Below, in pieces: positions 23,590 to 37,479 of a stretch of 64,000 nt of DNA. The notes under the pieces are model-generated. The model saw only the letters and a list, made by a program, of their open reading frames with translations, made no database searches and was not told the DNA's origin. Origin of the DNA: Octopus sinensis (lineage: Eukaryota); assembly GCF_006345805.1 (NCBI RefSeq), contig NC_043022.1, forward strand, positions 12,214,001 to 12,278,000. Reading direction: 5' to 3'. The position numbers were made by a program, and so were the translations under genes. Every line of letters starts with the position of its first letter. Position 1 is the stretch's first letter.

Positions 23590-25387
23590 CTAGAAAAATA
23601 CAAGAGAATCATTATATATGTTTAAACAACTTGCAGCACACTTTAACAGAATTTGTATTGAAAATTTTAGGTGAAGTGGGAAAATGTATTCTTATCACTG
23701 ATAAAAAATATCTTTATTTGTTATAACATTTACACTGCATGGGGGATTGAACTATATTATATTTCTGGGGATTGTTTAGAAGCAAGGGCATGGAACTGAG
23801 TAATGTTGTAAGCTGTAATTATAACTATTATATTAAATAGTTACTCTATCTTAGGTACTGAGTTTTTTTCTTACTTTGTTCATAGCCTTACTACGTATGT
23901 AACCACACTGACATACATACTAACAGATACTTCTGCCTGTATAACTCTGTAACTCTCATTATGTGTGTGTGTGGCTTGTGCACATTTCTATTCACCTTAT
24001 TTTTCTCCACAAGTCTTCAGTCAAACCAAAGCCATGGTCGAAGAAACATACGCAAGGTAGTGCATGGTGGTATGAAGCCAGAGGCAAGATAGTTACACAG
24101 TGAAATTTTAACCCCACTGTCATGTATCCATAATATATATAGATGTACATTTGTTGATGTAGAAAAGAAGAGTTGTTTACTTCTTTCAATAACCGACCCA
24201 TCTGAGCTCTGTCTTCAGTTCTATGATACAAATTCCTTGTTTCAAAGTAACACAAATTCAAAATCTTCCACCAGTATTCTATGTTATGTATCAGCTTAAA
24301 TCATCATCATCATCATCATCATTTAACGTCCGTTTTCCATGCTAGCATGGGTTGGACAATTTGACTGAGGACTGGCGAACCAGATGGCTACACCAGGCTC
24401 CAATCTGATCTGGCAGAGTTTCTACAGCTGGATGCCCTTCCCAACACTAACCACTCCGAGATTGTACTGAGTGTTTTTACGTGCCACTGGCATGAGGGCC
24501 AGTCAAGCGGTACTGGCAACGGCCACACTCAAATGGTGTTTTTTACGTGCCACCTGCACAGGAGCCAGTCCAGCGGCACTGGCAACAACCTTGCTTGAAT
24601 GTTTTTTCACATGCCAGTAAGGCAACACTGGTAACGATCACACTCGAATGGTGCTTTTTACATACCACCAACACGGAAGCCAGTCAGCTGCTCTGGCAAC
24701 AATCACTGCTATGACTATCCATATTTTTTGGCACGTATTTTCTGTGCTTACCTTGGATCATAGGGCAGCCTGCTGTGCTTGAGGAGACTTATTGAGTCAA
24801 GTACATCAATATCAAAATCAAAATCAAATGGAAATTGTAGCTGTGATACCTGTGCCAGTGGCACATAAAAAACACCATGTGGACATGGCTGATGTCAACG
24901 CTGCCTTTGACTGGTGTCCGTGCCGGTGGCATGTAAAAAGCACCAACCAATCATGGATGCTTCCAGCCTCCTCTGGCCCCTGTGCTGGTGGCACATAAAA
25001 AGCACCCACTACACTCATGGAGTGGTTGGCGTTAGGAAGAGCAGCCAGCTGCAGAAACTCTGCCAGATAAGACTGGAGCCTGGTGCAGCCTCCTGGCTTC
25101 CCAGACTCCCAGTCGAACTGTCCAACCCATGCTAGCATGGAAAACAGACATTAAATGATGATGATGATGATATAGTATATGTTTACCCTGGATTATATTA
25201 TCTAATGTGACCTTGTCCTCTTTTTTTTTTTTTTTTTTAAATAAAGATTAGAAGGTTAGGTGTAGTTTGAGGGAAATTTAGTTATTGTCTTTAGCAGATT
25301 AAGTGACCATGCAATGGTTCCTTTATTAGTTGAATAATGATGAGAGTGGTGGTGTTTTTAGTGAAGGGATATTGCAGTTTGACTTAC

Positions 25388-25533
25388 CGAAATATTAGCC
25401 ACAGCGACACCCACTTGCTGAAGGTTTTCTAAATATTGTAATATTTCACCATGTATATAAGCAGAGAAGTAGAAATTCACAAGTTTGGAGGAGAAATGAC
25501 TGTAGCTGTTATCAAAGCATATTTCATGTACTC
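25388..25533 (-). CDS. TMED: TMED exon 3 (GOLD C-terminal half and start of coiled coil)
   Basis: Acceptor attatag|GA, (G)VHEICFDNSYSHFSSKLVNFYFSAYIHGEILQYLENLQQVGVAVANIS, donor TCG|gtaagt. Has the typical G-x-x-x-C-F-D-N-x-x-S motif. 146 nt, phase 1 to 0. Confidence 0.94.
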
Positions 25534-25563
25534 CTATAATTGAAAAATTAAATAATAATGATG

Positions 25564-25616
<53 letters not shown>

Positions 25617-25848
25617 CTGTTATAAGCACAAGGCGTGAAATTTGGTGGGAGGGGACTAGTCAATTACATCGACCCCAGTGCTTCAGCATGGCCACAGTCA
25701 AATGACTGAAACAAGTAAAGGAGTAAAGGATTAAATTGTTTCAGTCTTGACACATAATCTCAGGTCGAGTCTTTTCCCAAGCAATTAAGACCTCAAACAA
25801 AAACAAACAAACGAAAAAAAGCTGAAAAAGTGAGATAGAAGTTGGTAC

Positions 25849-25966
25849 CTTCTTTTGATTCTTCGTGGGAATATGTTCCTCTGCTTTGCCACAACTGGCT
25901 GTATGCTATATCACCTTGAGGTCTTCGAAAAAAGAAATCAATATTTTTATCACCACCTCTTAAAAC
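25849..25966 (-). CDS. TMED: TMED exon 2 (GOLD domain middle)
   Basis: Acceptor ttttccag|, VLRGGDKNIDFFFRRPQGDIAYSQLWQSRGTYSHEESKE G, donor |gtacca. 118 nt, phase 0 to 1. Confidence 0.92.
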
Positions 25967-27100
25967 CTGGAAAATAAAGTACAAAAGAATATATTTATGG
26001 GGATTTTAACCCAATGTGTTTTATCGGTTTCAAAATTTGGCACAATGGTTGTATCAGTGACATGTTACATGTGACATGTGACAGTAGACAATGGAGGTGA
26101 GTGTAACATGTTACAAGGCAACATTTGATGGATGATTGTAACAGCCACATGTTACAAATTGACTCACAAACTGACTGTAACAACAATGATGCCAACATAG
26201 AAATAATTTAGGAGACGTGTTTTTTCTGGGGGTTTTTTTTTTTCCAATTAAAATTGTTCCGACAATAATGAGTTTTGTTTAATGGAAATAAATATCAATG
26301 GTAGCTATACAACAATGATAATAACAAGAACAAGAATAGCAGCAGCAGCAGCAACAACAACAACAACAACATGTAAACAGTAACATACTAATAAGTATGG
26401 GCATTCAATGGGAAAAGTAGCAGGTGTGCTGTGGATGTGTTTTTCATGTACAAAGCACTTATCTTCAGAAAAAAGCACTTAGTCAGAGATTACAAAAAAG
26501 AAGCCATTTCAATGACAATCTTAATATGACAACATATGTGAAATAATGCAGTTGTTATTAATAATATGGTGAGTCCCATAAGGTAGATAGGGACTGTGTA
26601 TATTGTCTGTGTATATAAAGGGCTGCATATATTATTTCTCTATATACAAAGCTTTGTATATTATCTTTTGTGTAGGGAATGTGTCAGCTTGGGGTGGAAG
26701 CTGTCTATTTCAGTCAGTTTGCATTGATATGATATATGGTGGTGATTATGAGAATCCAAAGGCCCAGTTTCAATTCCTGGCTAAAGCTAATTCAGTTTAA
26801 TTAGATTGTGTAAAATTGCAGGAACAGCACAAACCCTGCCTTGTTGCAACAAGATAGTCAGGGAGTGAGCCTCTGTGTGGTTCTAGCTCCATCTGCTAGA
26901 AATAACAGCCAAACTTTCACTCAGCCTCTTGAAAATGGGAAAGTGACATAATCCTAAGCTTCAGAAGCTGGGGTGGGGACAAGAAGAAAGAATGCCCCAT
27001 GGATTTCTGTTGAAGGAACAGAATCAAGATATCTACTTACCCTCATATCATGGCTGTGTGCACGTGTATCTATCTATCTGTCTGTCTGTCTGTCTGTCTA

Positions 27101-27132
<32 letters not shown>

Positions 27133-27179
27133 TCTATCTATCCATCCATGTATCTATTGATCAATCAATCCATCCATTG

Positions 27180-27239
<60 letters not shown>

Positions 27240-28467
27240 GTCTATCTATCTCTCGATTGAAACATCCATTTATCCACCCGTCTATCTATTGATCAAAACA
27301 TATATCCATCCACCCGTCTATCTATTGATCGATTGATCAATCAAGTGATCCATTTCTTTCTTTCTTTTTCTTTTTCTTTCTTTCTTTTCAGTCATCGGAC
27401 TGCAGCCATGCCAGGCATTATCTTAAAGGGTTTAGTCAAACAAATTGTCTCCAATACTTATTTCTAAGTCCGGCACTTTTTTTATCAGTCCCTTCTCCTG
27501 AACCACTAAGTTACAGGGAGATGATACCGGTTGTCAAGCAGTGGGGATAGGTTTCCACACAGTCTCTCTCTCACAAGGCCTGGTTCAGAAAAATCAGTAA
27601 TCTGGAAACCCTTTGGAAATAAAGGTTTCCAAAAAGCCATTGTACATACACATCATCATCATCATCATCATTTAAAGTCTGTTTTCCATGCTGGCATGGG
27701 TTGGATGATTTGACCAGGCTGACACGCTAGAAGGCTACACCAGGCTCCAGTCTGATCTGGCAGTGTTTCTACAGCTGGATGCCCTTCCTAACGCCAACCA
27801 CTCCGTGAGTGTAGTGGGTGCTTTTTTTACATGCCACTGGCACAGGATCCAGACATCAGCCACATTCGGATGGTGCTTTTTATGTGCCACCGGCACAGGA
27901 ATCACAACTACAATTTCCATTTGATTTGATTTTGAGGTACTTGACTCAATGGGTCTCCTCAAGCACAGCATTTCACCCTACAATCCAAGGTACTTTTTGA
28001 GTGGGCTGGTTATGCGATGCTGGTGTAGGTTGCAGCTGTGAACTCACTTTATTTGCCAGGTCTTCTCAATCACAGCATATCTCCAGAGGTCTCGGTCTTT
28101 CATCATTATACTATGTCTAATTATAATACATGTTAGGCATGGCTGGAACGTCTTTGATCAGATGTCTGCTGGAGCAGGCCTGATGTGAGCTAAATAATAA
28201 TATAGAACGCATTAAATAATGTAGCCCTAGGTTTAATGCATTTCATTATGAGATGGGGGTCTTTATCTCTTTTAATTTTACCCAGTCATTGGACTGTGGT
28301 CATACTGGAGCACCAACTCGAATGGCTTTGTTGAAGAATTTGACTGCAGTACTTTTATTTTAAAAAATCTGGTTCTTATTCTGTTGGTCTCTTTTGCTTA
28401 ATCCCTAAGTTACTGAGATACAAACAAACCAACACTGATTGTCAAACAGCAAAGGACGCATATACCC

Positions 28468-28603
<136 letters not shown>

Positions 28604-29280
28604 GCGGTGAGCTTCCATTATGTTCCCATCTACCAAATCATTCACAAGGCATTGGTGGTCCTTGGGCTATAGTAGAAGACTCTTGCCCAAGGTGCCACAT
28701 GGTGGGACTGGATCTAAAACCACATGGGTGCAAAGTGGGCTGTTTAACCACTCAGCTATACATGCATCTAAGGGATGGTCACAAACGGGACATTTTTGAT
28801 CATAGGGCTGCAGTGATAAAAAGCCAACAAGAAGGGGCACATTAGATAATGTAGTCTGAATATATAAGTCAAGGTGTTCAGCATTGGAATGCTTTTGGAT
28901 TACAGGTCAGATGGGTCAGGAAGAACTAGGGTTAAAAGAAGCCCCCTCCCCTGCGGGCTTAATGAAGGACCCCCCCCCCCAATTCATCAACTGCCATCCT
29001 CTTTATCTAATTGCAGTGTGTAAGGTGTTGCTGAGAAATATAATGGCAAATATGACAGCTGTTTGTGCTGTGATGATTCAGGTGAGGGTGATTTATACAA
29101 AGGAGCTTGTAACGGTGGGAGAGAACAACTTTATAGGAGAATAGAGATAAGGAGAGAAAGGTTTATGGCAGGAGAATAACAACAACATGGTACACAACCA
29201 CATGAGTGTTTGTGTATATGTGCATGTGTGTGTATGTATATATGTATTTATGTGAACATATATGTATGTGTGTTCAAATA

Positions 29281-29650
29281 TATAGGGTGCGATGGGTAAA
29301 TTGTAGCCATTTTATATTTTTAATTTTGTGCACGTGCATTATTTGTTTTTGATTTTGTCGACTACTCAGTATAGTAGGGTCAGTTGGGCACCGCCTGTGA
29401 GAAAAACAGCACCATGATGCAATTCAGTCTGCCAGAAATTTGGAAATGACATATTGTACTGCTCGGCATTCATGTTTGGCATAAGTGTTTGGGTGTCAAT
29501 CTGAGGACATGTATCAGGAGTGATAAAAATCAAACATCCAACCAACATCATGGTGTTTGAAGTGATCACTAGTGATGCTGATGTTATGCCCCCCATTCAT
29601 CTTCTCACACGGCCCCCACACTCAACATTGAGGCCTACATCAAGTGGTGG
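29281..29650 (+). mobile_element. Tc1/mariner-type deletion derivative with a transposase remnant
   Basis: Starts ta-tagggtgcgatgggtaaattgt; encodes KHPTNIMVFEVITSDADVMPP-FIFSHG..LNIEAYIK, a DD-D transposase-like segment. Confidence 0.65.
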
Positions 29651-29936
29651 GTGTATATGTATGAGTGGCAAAGTCACACACATTGATACGCGTATATGAT
29701 GGGCTTCCACACAGTTTCCGTCTACCAGATTCACTCACAAGGCATTGATTGGTTCAGGGCTATAGTAGAAGACACTTGCCTTCTGTGATTGAACCTGAAA
29801 CCATGTGGTTACAGAGTGAGTTTCTTAACCACACTGCCATAAAAATAATGATTATTATTATTAGTAAGATGGCGGCAAAGGTGGTGAGCTGGCAGAACTG
29901 TTGGCATGCAGAGCAAAATGCTTGGCATTTCATGCA

Positions 29937-30716
29937 TTCTTTTACTTGTTTCAGTCATTTGACTGCGGCCATGCTGGAGCACCGCCTTTAGTCGAGCAAA
30001 TCAACGCCAGGACTTATTCGTTGTAAGCCTAGTACTTATTCTGTTTGTCTGTTTTGCCGAACTGCTAAGTTACAGGGACATAGACACACCAGCATCGGTT
30101 GTCAAGTGACAGTTGGTGGGAGGACAAACACAGACACACATGCATATATATCTCTCTATATATAAACGGCAGTTTGTCTGTGCGTGTTTCTGTGTGTCTG
30201 TTTGCTTGTACCCTCACCCTGACCACGGCTTTCAACCGATTCTGATGAAACTTGACACACACATAGCCCAATGTCATAATTCAAAACTAACGCAGCGAAA
30301 ATTTTGAAAAGTTCCCCCAGTTCTGAAAAAAATCGATAAATTCGACATGGGGTCGAGAATCAGAAACACGAACCACAAACTGTCTAGGGGACGCAACTCC
30401 ACCTTTTTTAAATCTCAAAAAAAAATTTACCATAATTTTTTTCCATTTTTTTGCTATTTTTTGGCTATAACTCTCTAAAAATGCTTTATAGTTATTTCCC
30501 TTACAAACCTGAGCAACGCCGGGCGATACTGCTAGTATATATATATATATATACAATGGGATTCTTTCAGTTTCTGTCTCCCAAATCCACTCACAAGGCT
30601 TTGGTTAGCCCAAGGCTATAGAAGGCACTTGCCCAAAGTGCCATGCAGTGTGACTGAACCCAGAACCATGTTGTTGGTAAGCAAGCTACTTACCACACAG
30701 CCACTCTTGTGTCTGC

Positions 30717-30720
<4 letters not shown>
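29937..30720 (-). mobile_element. SINE family A split by the 30151 Helitron
   Basis: 3' half at 29937-30150, 5' half at 30537-30720. Confidence 0.8.
30151..30535 (+). mobile_element. Non-autonomous Helitron-like element
   Basis: 5' TC, 3' gagcaacgccgggcgatactg-CTAG, inserted between A and T, no target-site duplication. Confidence 0.75.
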
Positions 30721-30759
<39 letters not shown>

Positions 30760-31134
30760 ATATAATATTTACCACGTGAACTACAATGAAATAAATATGA
30801 GAAAGATATAATATATAATTTTTCTTTGTACAGGGGTTCCCTTGAGACATGTAATATATTTTAAGGGTTACGCAGGGGTAAAAAGGTTGAGAAACACTGC
30901 TTTACACCCTCAAGTTGAAATTCAGCCAAGGATGACTCTGCCTTGCATCCTTCTGGCGTTTGAGATTAGAAAGTACCAATCAAGTACTGGAGTTAATGCG
31001 ATCGACTGCCCCTTCCCTCAAAATAGCTAGCCTTGTGCCAAAATTAGAAAGAACTATTACTATTGCTATTATTATTGTTGTTGTTATACCGTTAAACATC
31101 TCCACTGGTAAACATAGAGATGAGATGACAACAC

Positions 31135-31168
<34 letters not shown>

Positions 31169-32273
31169 CTAGCCCACGGCCAACCCTCATCTAGCAAATC
31201 CATAGTCAAAAGCATTCTGGCCACGACCATCTCATCTTTTGTTTTTTAAGGCATCGTGAATCTAAGACAACACTATTCAATGTGTACTTCCAGCTTAAAA
31301 GAGGATAAGAAATTTGGCTGTTATTTCCAGTAGTTTGAGAGACCACATGGTGGTTCCAATGTTTGTTTGTAATGATTGTTATTGATGTTTAGCTCCAGGT
31401 TAACTTGGATCCAGTGGACAAATGATCGACAGTTTCCCTTGTCGGGTGGTAGTGTTGAAGTGGCGTGTTTGGGTAGTAGTAGTGTTGTGTTTGTGTAGTA
31501 GTAGTGTTGTGTTTGTGTTGTGGTAGTGTGGTGATAGTGTGTTTTATGTTGTAGTGGTTTGTTTTTGTGTTGTAGTAGTGTTACAGGGGGGGGGGTATTA
31601 TAGTGTTGTGGCAGTGTAGTGTAGTAATGTTGTAGTTTTGCTGTTACGGTTGTAGTAGTAGTTGTCAAGGTAGTAGTACGACAGCGTCCATTGCACTTGT
31701 ACAATGACACGTGTTATATGTGCAAGTTAATGTATGATTTATGTGGGAGGGTACCAGCTGGAGTTGAGTATTGGACTATAAACGGACACACGGACACACA
31801 GACACACTGATACACATACAGTGACACAGACATGCATGTACCGACAAAGACACATTGACAGACACACACACAGACACGAACATAGGCGCACACACACACA
31901 CACACACGCACGGACAGATTCACACACATACATATATACATACGTACACTCACATAAACACTGACACTAGCCCGCACACACACACACACACGCGCATATA
32001 TAAACCTACATATATACACACACATATATCATAATACTGGCCGGAATCCGGTGCCATGTATAAACCACATTATTATTACTAAGCGCCGTCAATCGGTTGT
32101 TAAAGATAAGTTATATGAGGAAATAGTGGGGGGGGGGGCTGATGTGTCATCTGTGAATGGAGATAGCAACGTTGGCGACTTTGCTGATGAGGATAGTGAT
32201 GATGATGATGGGGGTCTTTCACTTTGCTGTAGACAATACGGGACTATATAAACAGTCATTGTCTCTACCCTTA

Positions 32274-32541
32274 TGTATGTATGTATGTGTATGTATGTAT
32301 GTATGTATGTATGTATGTATGTACGTACCTACGTATGTATGTACGTACGTACGTATGTATGTATGTACATATGTACGTACGTATGTATGTACGTATGTAT
32401 GTATGTATGTACATATGTACGTATGTATGTATGTATGTACATATGTACGTATGTATGTATGTATGTACATATGTACGTATGTATGTATGTATGTATGTAT
32501 GTATGTATGTATGTATGTATGTACATATGTACGTATGTATG

Positions 32542-32575
<34 letters not shown>

Positions 32576-32850
32576 TGTATGTATGTATGTATGTACATAT
32601 GTACGTATGTATGTATGTATGTACATATGTACGTATGTATGTATGTATGTACATATGTACGTATGTATGTATGTATGTACATATGTACGTATGTATGTAT
32701 GTATGTATGTATGTATGTATGTATGTATGTATGTATGTATGTATGTATGTATGTATATACGTACGTATGTATGTATGTATGTGTGTATGTATGTATGTAT
32801 GTATGTACGTACGTATGTATGTATATGTATGTATATGTATGTATGTCTAA
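32274..32850. repeat. (TATG)n microsatellite with tacatatgtacg variant cassettes
   Basis: Direct reading; source of the MYVC/HTYI artefact ORFs. Confidence 0.95.
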
Positions 32851-33266
32851 TGTATTACAAAACAATAAAAATTCCAATTAAATATGATAGTACGTGTGTA
32901 TATTTTATTGGCTACGATGACTCTACCACGATATAATTGTTATACGTGTGTGTGTGCGTGTTTCTCTTTTTCAAAGTAGAATCGATTTTGATCGGCCACC
33001 TGCTTTGCAAGGAAAACGTCTTTTGTTTATTATCCTTTAAATTTTAAGGTCTTGCAGATGTGAGTGTGTGTGTATGTGTGAGAGAGAGAGAGTGCGAGTT
33101 TATGTATGTATATATGTATGTATATATGTGCGTGTGTATGAGAGAGAAAGAGAACGTGTGTATTATGTATATATCCGTGTGTGTGTGTATGTTTGTTATA
33201 CATATGTATATGTAGTTTGTACTCTTGTTGATGTTTGATGCTTTGGTTGTTGTTGTGGTCTCTTAC

Positions 33267-33539
33267 CTCATATGTCAGGTAAACACCGGAATTATTGTAG
33301 AGATGTTGGTAAAAACATTCTTCCTTGCCGGCACCAATTTCGAATTTGAACTCCACATCGACGGAGTGCTGCATTAAGGTGGACAGATTGATCGTTTCTG
33401 CCGCCTCTTCGTGGCTTTCCTTGACACCACCACCTTGCTGAAAGTTCTCCTCATTCGATTCCACTGCGGTCATGCAAACCATTAACAAAACACAACAGAC
33501 GATCCTCCCGGTCGTCCACCTACAACGGTTGAAAGCCAT
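33267..33539 (-). CDS. TMED: p24/emp24/gp25L (TMED) family cargo receptor, exon 1: signal peptide and start of GOLD domain
   Basis: MAFNRCRWTTGRIVCCVLLMVCMTAVES (hydrophobic signal) ... FKFEIGAGKEECFYQHLYNNSGVYLTYE, then donor GAG|gtaaga at 33266, phase 0. An in-frame upstream ATG at 33563 is an alternative start. Confidence 0.93.
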
Positions 33540-33689
33540 CTTTTCACATCTCCCCCCGTTCATACGCGGCTTTCCACTCTTCTCACCTATCGATTCTATC
33601 AGCTGGATAAGTCCATTTTCACCTGACTCGGGGGGGATCAACATGAATTTGTTTCTGTGCTCGTCTCGACTTGTTTGAAATCGCTCACA

Positions 33690-34640
33690 TTCCCTTCCCC
33701 CCCTCTTTCCAACTTCCCCCCCATCGTTTTCTCTTTTGTTTGTTTGTTTGTTTTCTCCCTCCCTCCACCCACCCCCATCCTGGTCTACATGGCATCCTAC
33801 AGTCACCATCTGTCTGTCTGTCTCATTTGTCGATCGGTCTCCCGGTCTGTCATGGCTTCACTCTCCGTCTCTCTCTCTCTTTCACTCTCATCTTTTTTGT
33901 CGCTCTGTCTCTCTTTTTCTGCTGCCAGCCTGTCCTCTTTCATCTCTCTATCATCTCTCTCTCTTTCTTTCTTTCTGTCTCTCTTCTTTCTTCTTCTTCT
34001 TCTTCTTCTTCTTCTTGCCTACCTACATCTGTCTTTCTGTCTATCTGTCTATCGCTTTGTCTCTTTTTTTGCCAGCCTGTCTTTCATCTCTCTCTCTCTC
34101 TCTCAGGTTTTCTGCTCATTCCCTTGTTTTTGTTTCTTTGTTTCTCTCTTTCTATCTCTTTCTCTGTCTTTCTTTCTTTCTGTCTCTCTTCTTCTTCTTC
34201 TTCTTCTTGCCTGCCTATATCTGTCTTTCTGTCTATCTGTCTCTCCCTCTCTCATTTCCCTCTCACTTTTCTCCACTCACTTTTTGAACTTCATTGTTGT
34301 ATTATTCTCTCTTCCTCTTTCTTTCTCCTTTCTCATTCTCTCCTTTGCTTTGTTTCTATCTCTCCCCTTACTCTCTCTACTTCCTCCCTTACTCTCTCAT
34401 TCTCTCCATTGCTCTTCTCTCTCTCTCACCCATCCTGTTTTCTCTATCTTCCTCTTTCATGAACTATTTCCCCTTTCTTTATCTTTCATTGTTTTTTTTC
34501 TCTCTCTCTCTCTCCTCTCTCTCGTGTTACTTTCTACTTTTTATACTTTATCTTCTCTCTACCCCTTTTACTCTTTGTCCTTCTCTCTCTCCCCCTCTCT
34601 GTTTTCCTCCTATGCCTCTCTTATTTTCCTTTCCCCTTCT
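33690..34640. repeat. ~1 kb polypyrimidine (CT/TTC) tract upstream of the TMED start
   Basis: Direct reading. Similar tracts at 7150-7550 and 50690-50960, and purine-rich at 49100-49580. Confidence 0.9.
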
Positions 34641-34908
34641 CTTTGGAACAAAGTGGTGAGTGCTAAATATATTGTTTACAAATACAACACAGTGGTACCT
34701 ACTTACAGCTAGGTAGACTGGACTGTTGACAGTTAAGTGTTTTGGTCATGAGAACTTATATATAGTTGCAGGAGTGGCTGTGTGGTAAGTAGCTTGCTTA
34801 TGGACTACATGGTTCCGGGTTCAGTCTTCTACTGTAGCCTTATGCTGACCAGAGCCTTGTGAGTGGATTTGGTAGATGGAAACTGAATGAAGCCTGTCAT
34901 ATATATAT

Positions 34909-35137
34909 ACTCTTTACTCTTTACTCTCTTTTACTTGTTTCAGTCATTTGACTGCGGCCATGCTGGAGCACCGCCTTTAGTCGAGCAAATCGACCCCGGG
35001 ACTTATTCTTTGTAAGCCCAGTACTTATTCTATCAGTCTCTTTTGCCGAACCGCTAAGTGACGGGGACGTAAACACACCAGCATTGGTTGTCAAGCAATG
35101 CTAGGGGGACAAACATAGACACACAAACACACACATA

Positions 35138-35178
<41 letters not shown>

Positions 35179-35340
35179 GACAGGCTTCTTTCAGTTTCCG
35201 TCTACCAAATCCACTCACAAGGCATTGGTCAGCCCGGGGCTATAGCGGAAGACACTTGCCCAAGATGCCACGCAGTGGGACTGAACCCAGAACCATGTGG
35301 TTGGTTAGCAAGCTACTTACCACGCAGCCACTCCTGCGCT
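34909..35340 (-). mobile_element. SINE family A, preceded by an inverted 5' fragment at 34765-34900
   Basis: Full copy with an (actcttt)n tail. Confidence 0.88.
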
Positions 35341-36114
35341 TATATATATATATAGAAAAGAATACAAAAAATGGCACAAGAACACAACAGGTGACAACAA
35401 AACATCCAGACAGTTAGACGATACAAAAAGGGACATTTGGAGTTTTCTTTTGTCAGTCGAGTTCCAGATTATCTTTTCAGTTTCGGCTGGTTTTACTCGA
35501 GACTGCTCCAATCTGGCCAGCCCCAAGGAAAATCTAAGCCAAAAGCACTAGATTCCTTGGAACAAAGCAGCGAATGTGTTTGTGTATCTGTGTTTGTCCC
35601 ACCAACATTGGTTGACAATCGATTTTGGCATGTTTACGTCCCAATAACTTAGCGGTTCAGCAAAAGAGACCGATAGAATAAGTACTAGGCTCACAAAGAA
35701 TTTGCTCAACTAAAGTTGGTGCCCCAGCATGGGCACAGTCAAAGGACTGAAACAAGTATAAGAGTAAAAAAATTGTTAGTGATAATATACTTAGCAGTTA
35801 TTTTGTGACTAGATTTCTGGTGTCTTTTCAAGATGGTCACCTTACATTCCTTGAATCACACAGTTCATCTAAAAATGCATAGGTATCTCTAAAGGTGCAT
35901 GCTTCATCCCAGTCAGTAGAACTGTGTGATTCAAAAATGTTTTGCTTATGATTATCCAGCCATCTTTTTCACCCATTTTTTCCTGAAAGAGTCTTGGGAG
36001 TTGTCCTCAGGGATCTATTCCATAGGATCCTCTCAGAAGCAAGTGTCATTACACTTGCCTTCTGGATTACCAAGCATACTAACTGGGGCCATGGATATTA
36101 TCCAACCGTCTCAG

Positions 36115-36336
36115 GAAGGCGGCGAGCTGGCAGAAACGTTAGCACGCCGGGCGAAATGCTTAGCAGTATTTCGTCTGTCGTTACGTTGTGAGTTCAAATT
36201 CCGCCGAGGTTGACTTTGCCTTTCATCCTTTCGGGGTTGATAAATTAAGTACCAGTTCCGCACTGGGGGTTGATGTAATCGACTTAATGCCTATGTCTGT
36301 CCTTGTTTAGCCCCTTGTGGGTAATAAAGAAATAGG
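36115..36336 (+). mobile_element. SINE family B monomer
   Basis: aaggcggcgagctgg ... aaagaaataggt. Confidence 0.85.
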
Positions 36337-36946
36337 TTTCATTCTTAATTTACCCCTAGGTCTCCTGCCGGTTGGTTTGGTTTAAAGAATTCGTCTTGTG
36401 ATTCTTTCCTGTGATAGTCTTACTCAAGGGATCTTTCAGAAGAACTTCAGCCCCAATTCGGTTGCTTGTGTTCTCATTCTGTGTGAAATATGATTAAGAC
36501 ATGTCTTAAAACTACAGACAAGGTGACCCTTCATATCCATAATTTTTCTGGAAATCCTCGACAGGGACATTTGTATGATCAAGGAGACCTAGATTCAAGG
36601 AGAGCTGTCAATTAAGGGCAAAATATTTGTCATCAGTGCAAATCAATGCATGCTGGTGCTCTTGTTTAACCCCAGGTCAGCATTGACTGAGCAGACTGTT
36701 GATCCAGGACATTCTTGTCATGACCACTCCTTTCCTTTTTCTCTCTGTCATATCGTCCATTTTGAATGATATTATCTAAATGTTAACTAGGTGAGCAGTG
36801 GAGGAGGGAGAAATTTATCTGCCATTTTTGTAGAATGTGTAATCACATATAGGATCCCTTATCAACTTTTGTATATGCATGTGTATATGTGTGTGTGTGA
36901 ATACAACTTTAAATAAAATGCACACATATTTATATATATATATATA

Positions 36947-37362
36947 GGCATAGGAGTGGCTGTGTGGTAAGTAGCTTGCTTACCAACCACATGGTTCCGA
37001 GTTCAGTCCCACTGCGTGGCACCTTGGGCAAGTGTCTTCTACTATAGCCTTGGGCCGACCAAAGCCTTGTGAGTGGATTTGGTAGATGGAAACTGAAAGA
37101 AGCCTGTCGTGTATATGTATATACATATATGTCTATATATATATATGTGTGTGTGTTTGTGTGTCTGTGTTTGTCCTCACAACATCGCTTGACAACCGAT
37201 GCTGGTGTGTTCATGTCCCCGTTACTTAGCGGTTCGGCAAAAGAGATCGATAGAGTAAGTACTATTCTTACAAAGAATAAGTCCTGGGGCCGATTTGCTC
37301 GACTAAAGGCGGTGCTCCCGCATAGCCGCAGTCAAATGACTGAAACAAGTAAAAGAGTAAAG
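36947..37362 (+). mobile_element. SINE family A
   Basis: Full-length match. Confidence 0.88.
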
Positions 37363-37363
37363 A

Positions 37364-37414
<51 letters not shown>

Positions 37415-37479
37415 TACACATATATACATATATATTCCCTCCCTCACCCTGTTTCCCGGTTTCTGTGGTGTATGTGTTC

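Noticed and set aside
23992-24261. 89 aa ORF in TMED intron 3
   Set aside because: No recognisable motif; the p24 CDS is complete without it.
32157-32936. Long ORFs ([16 protein letters not shown]) up to 259 aa
   Set aside because: Stop-free translations of a (TATG)n microsatellite.
33657-34712. 351 aa Leu/Ser/Phe-rich apparently multi-TM ORF, and similar ones at 7065-7714 and 48938-49606
   Set aside because: Translations of polypyrimidine tracts.
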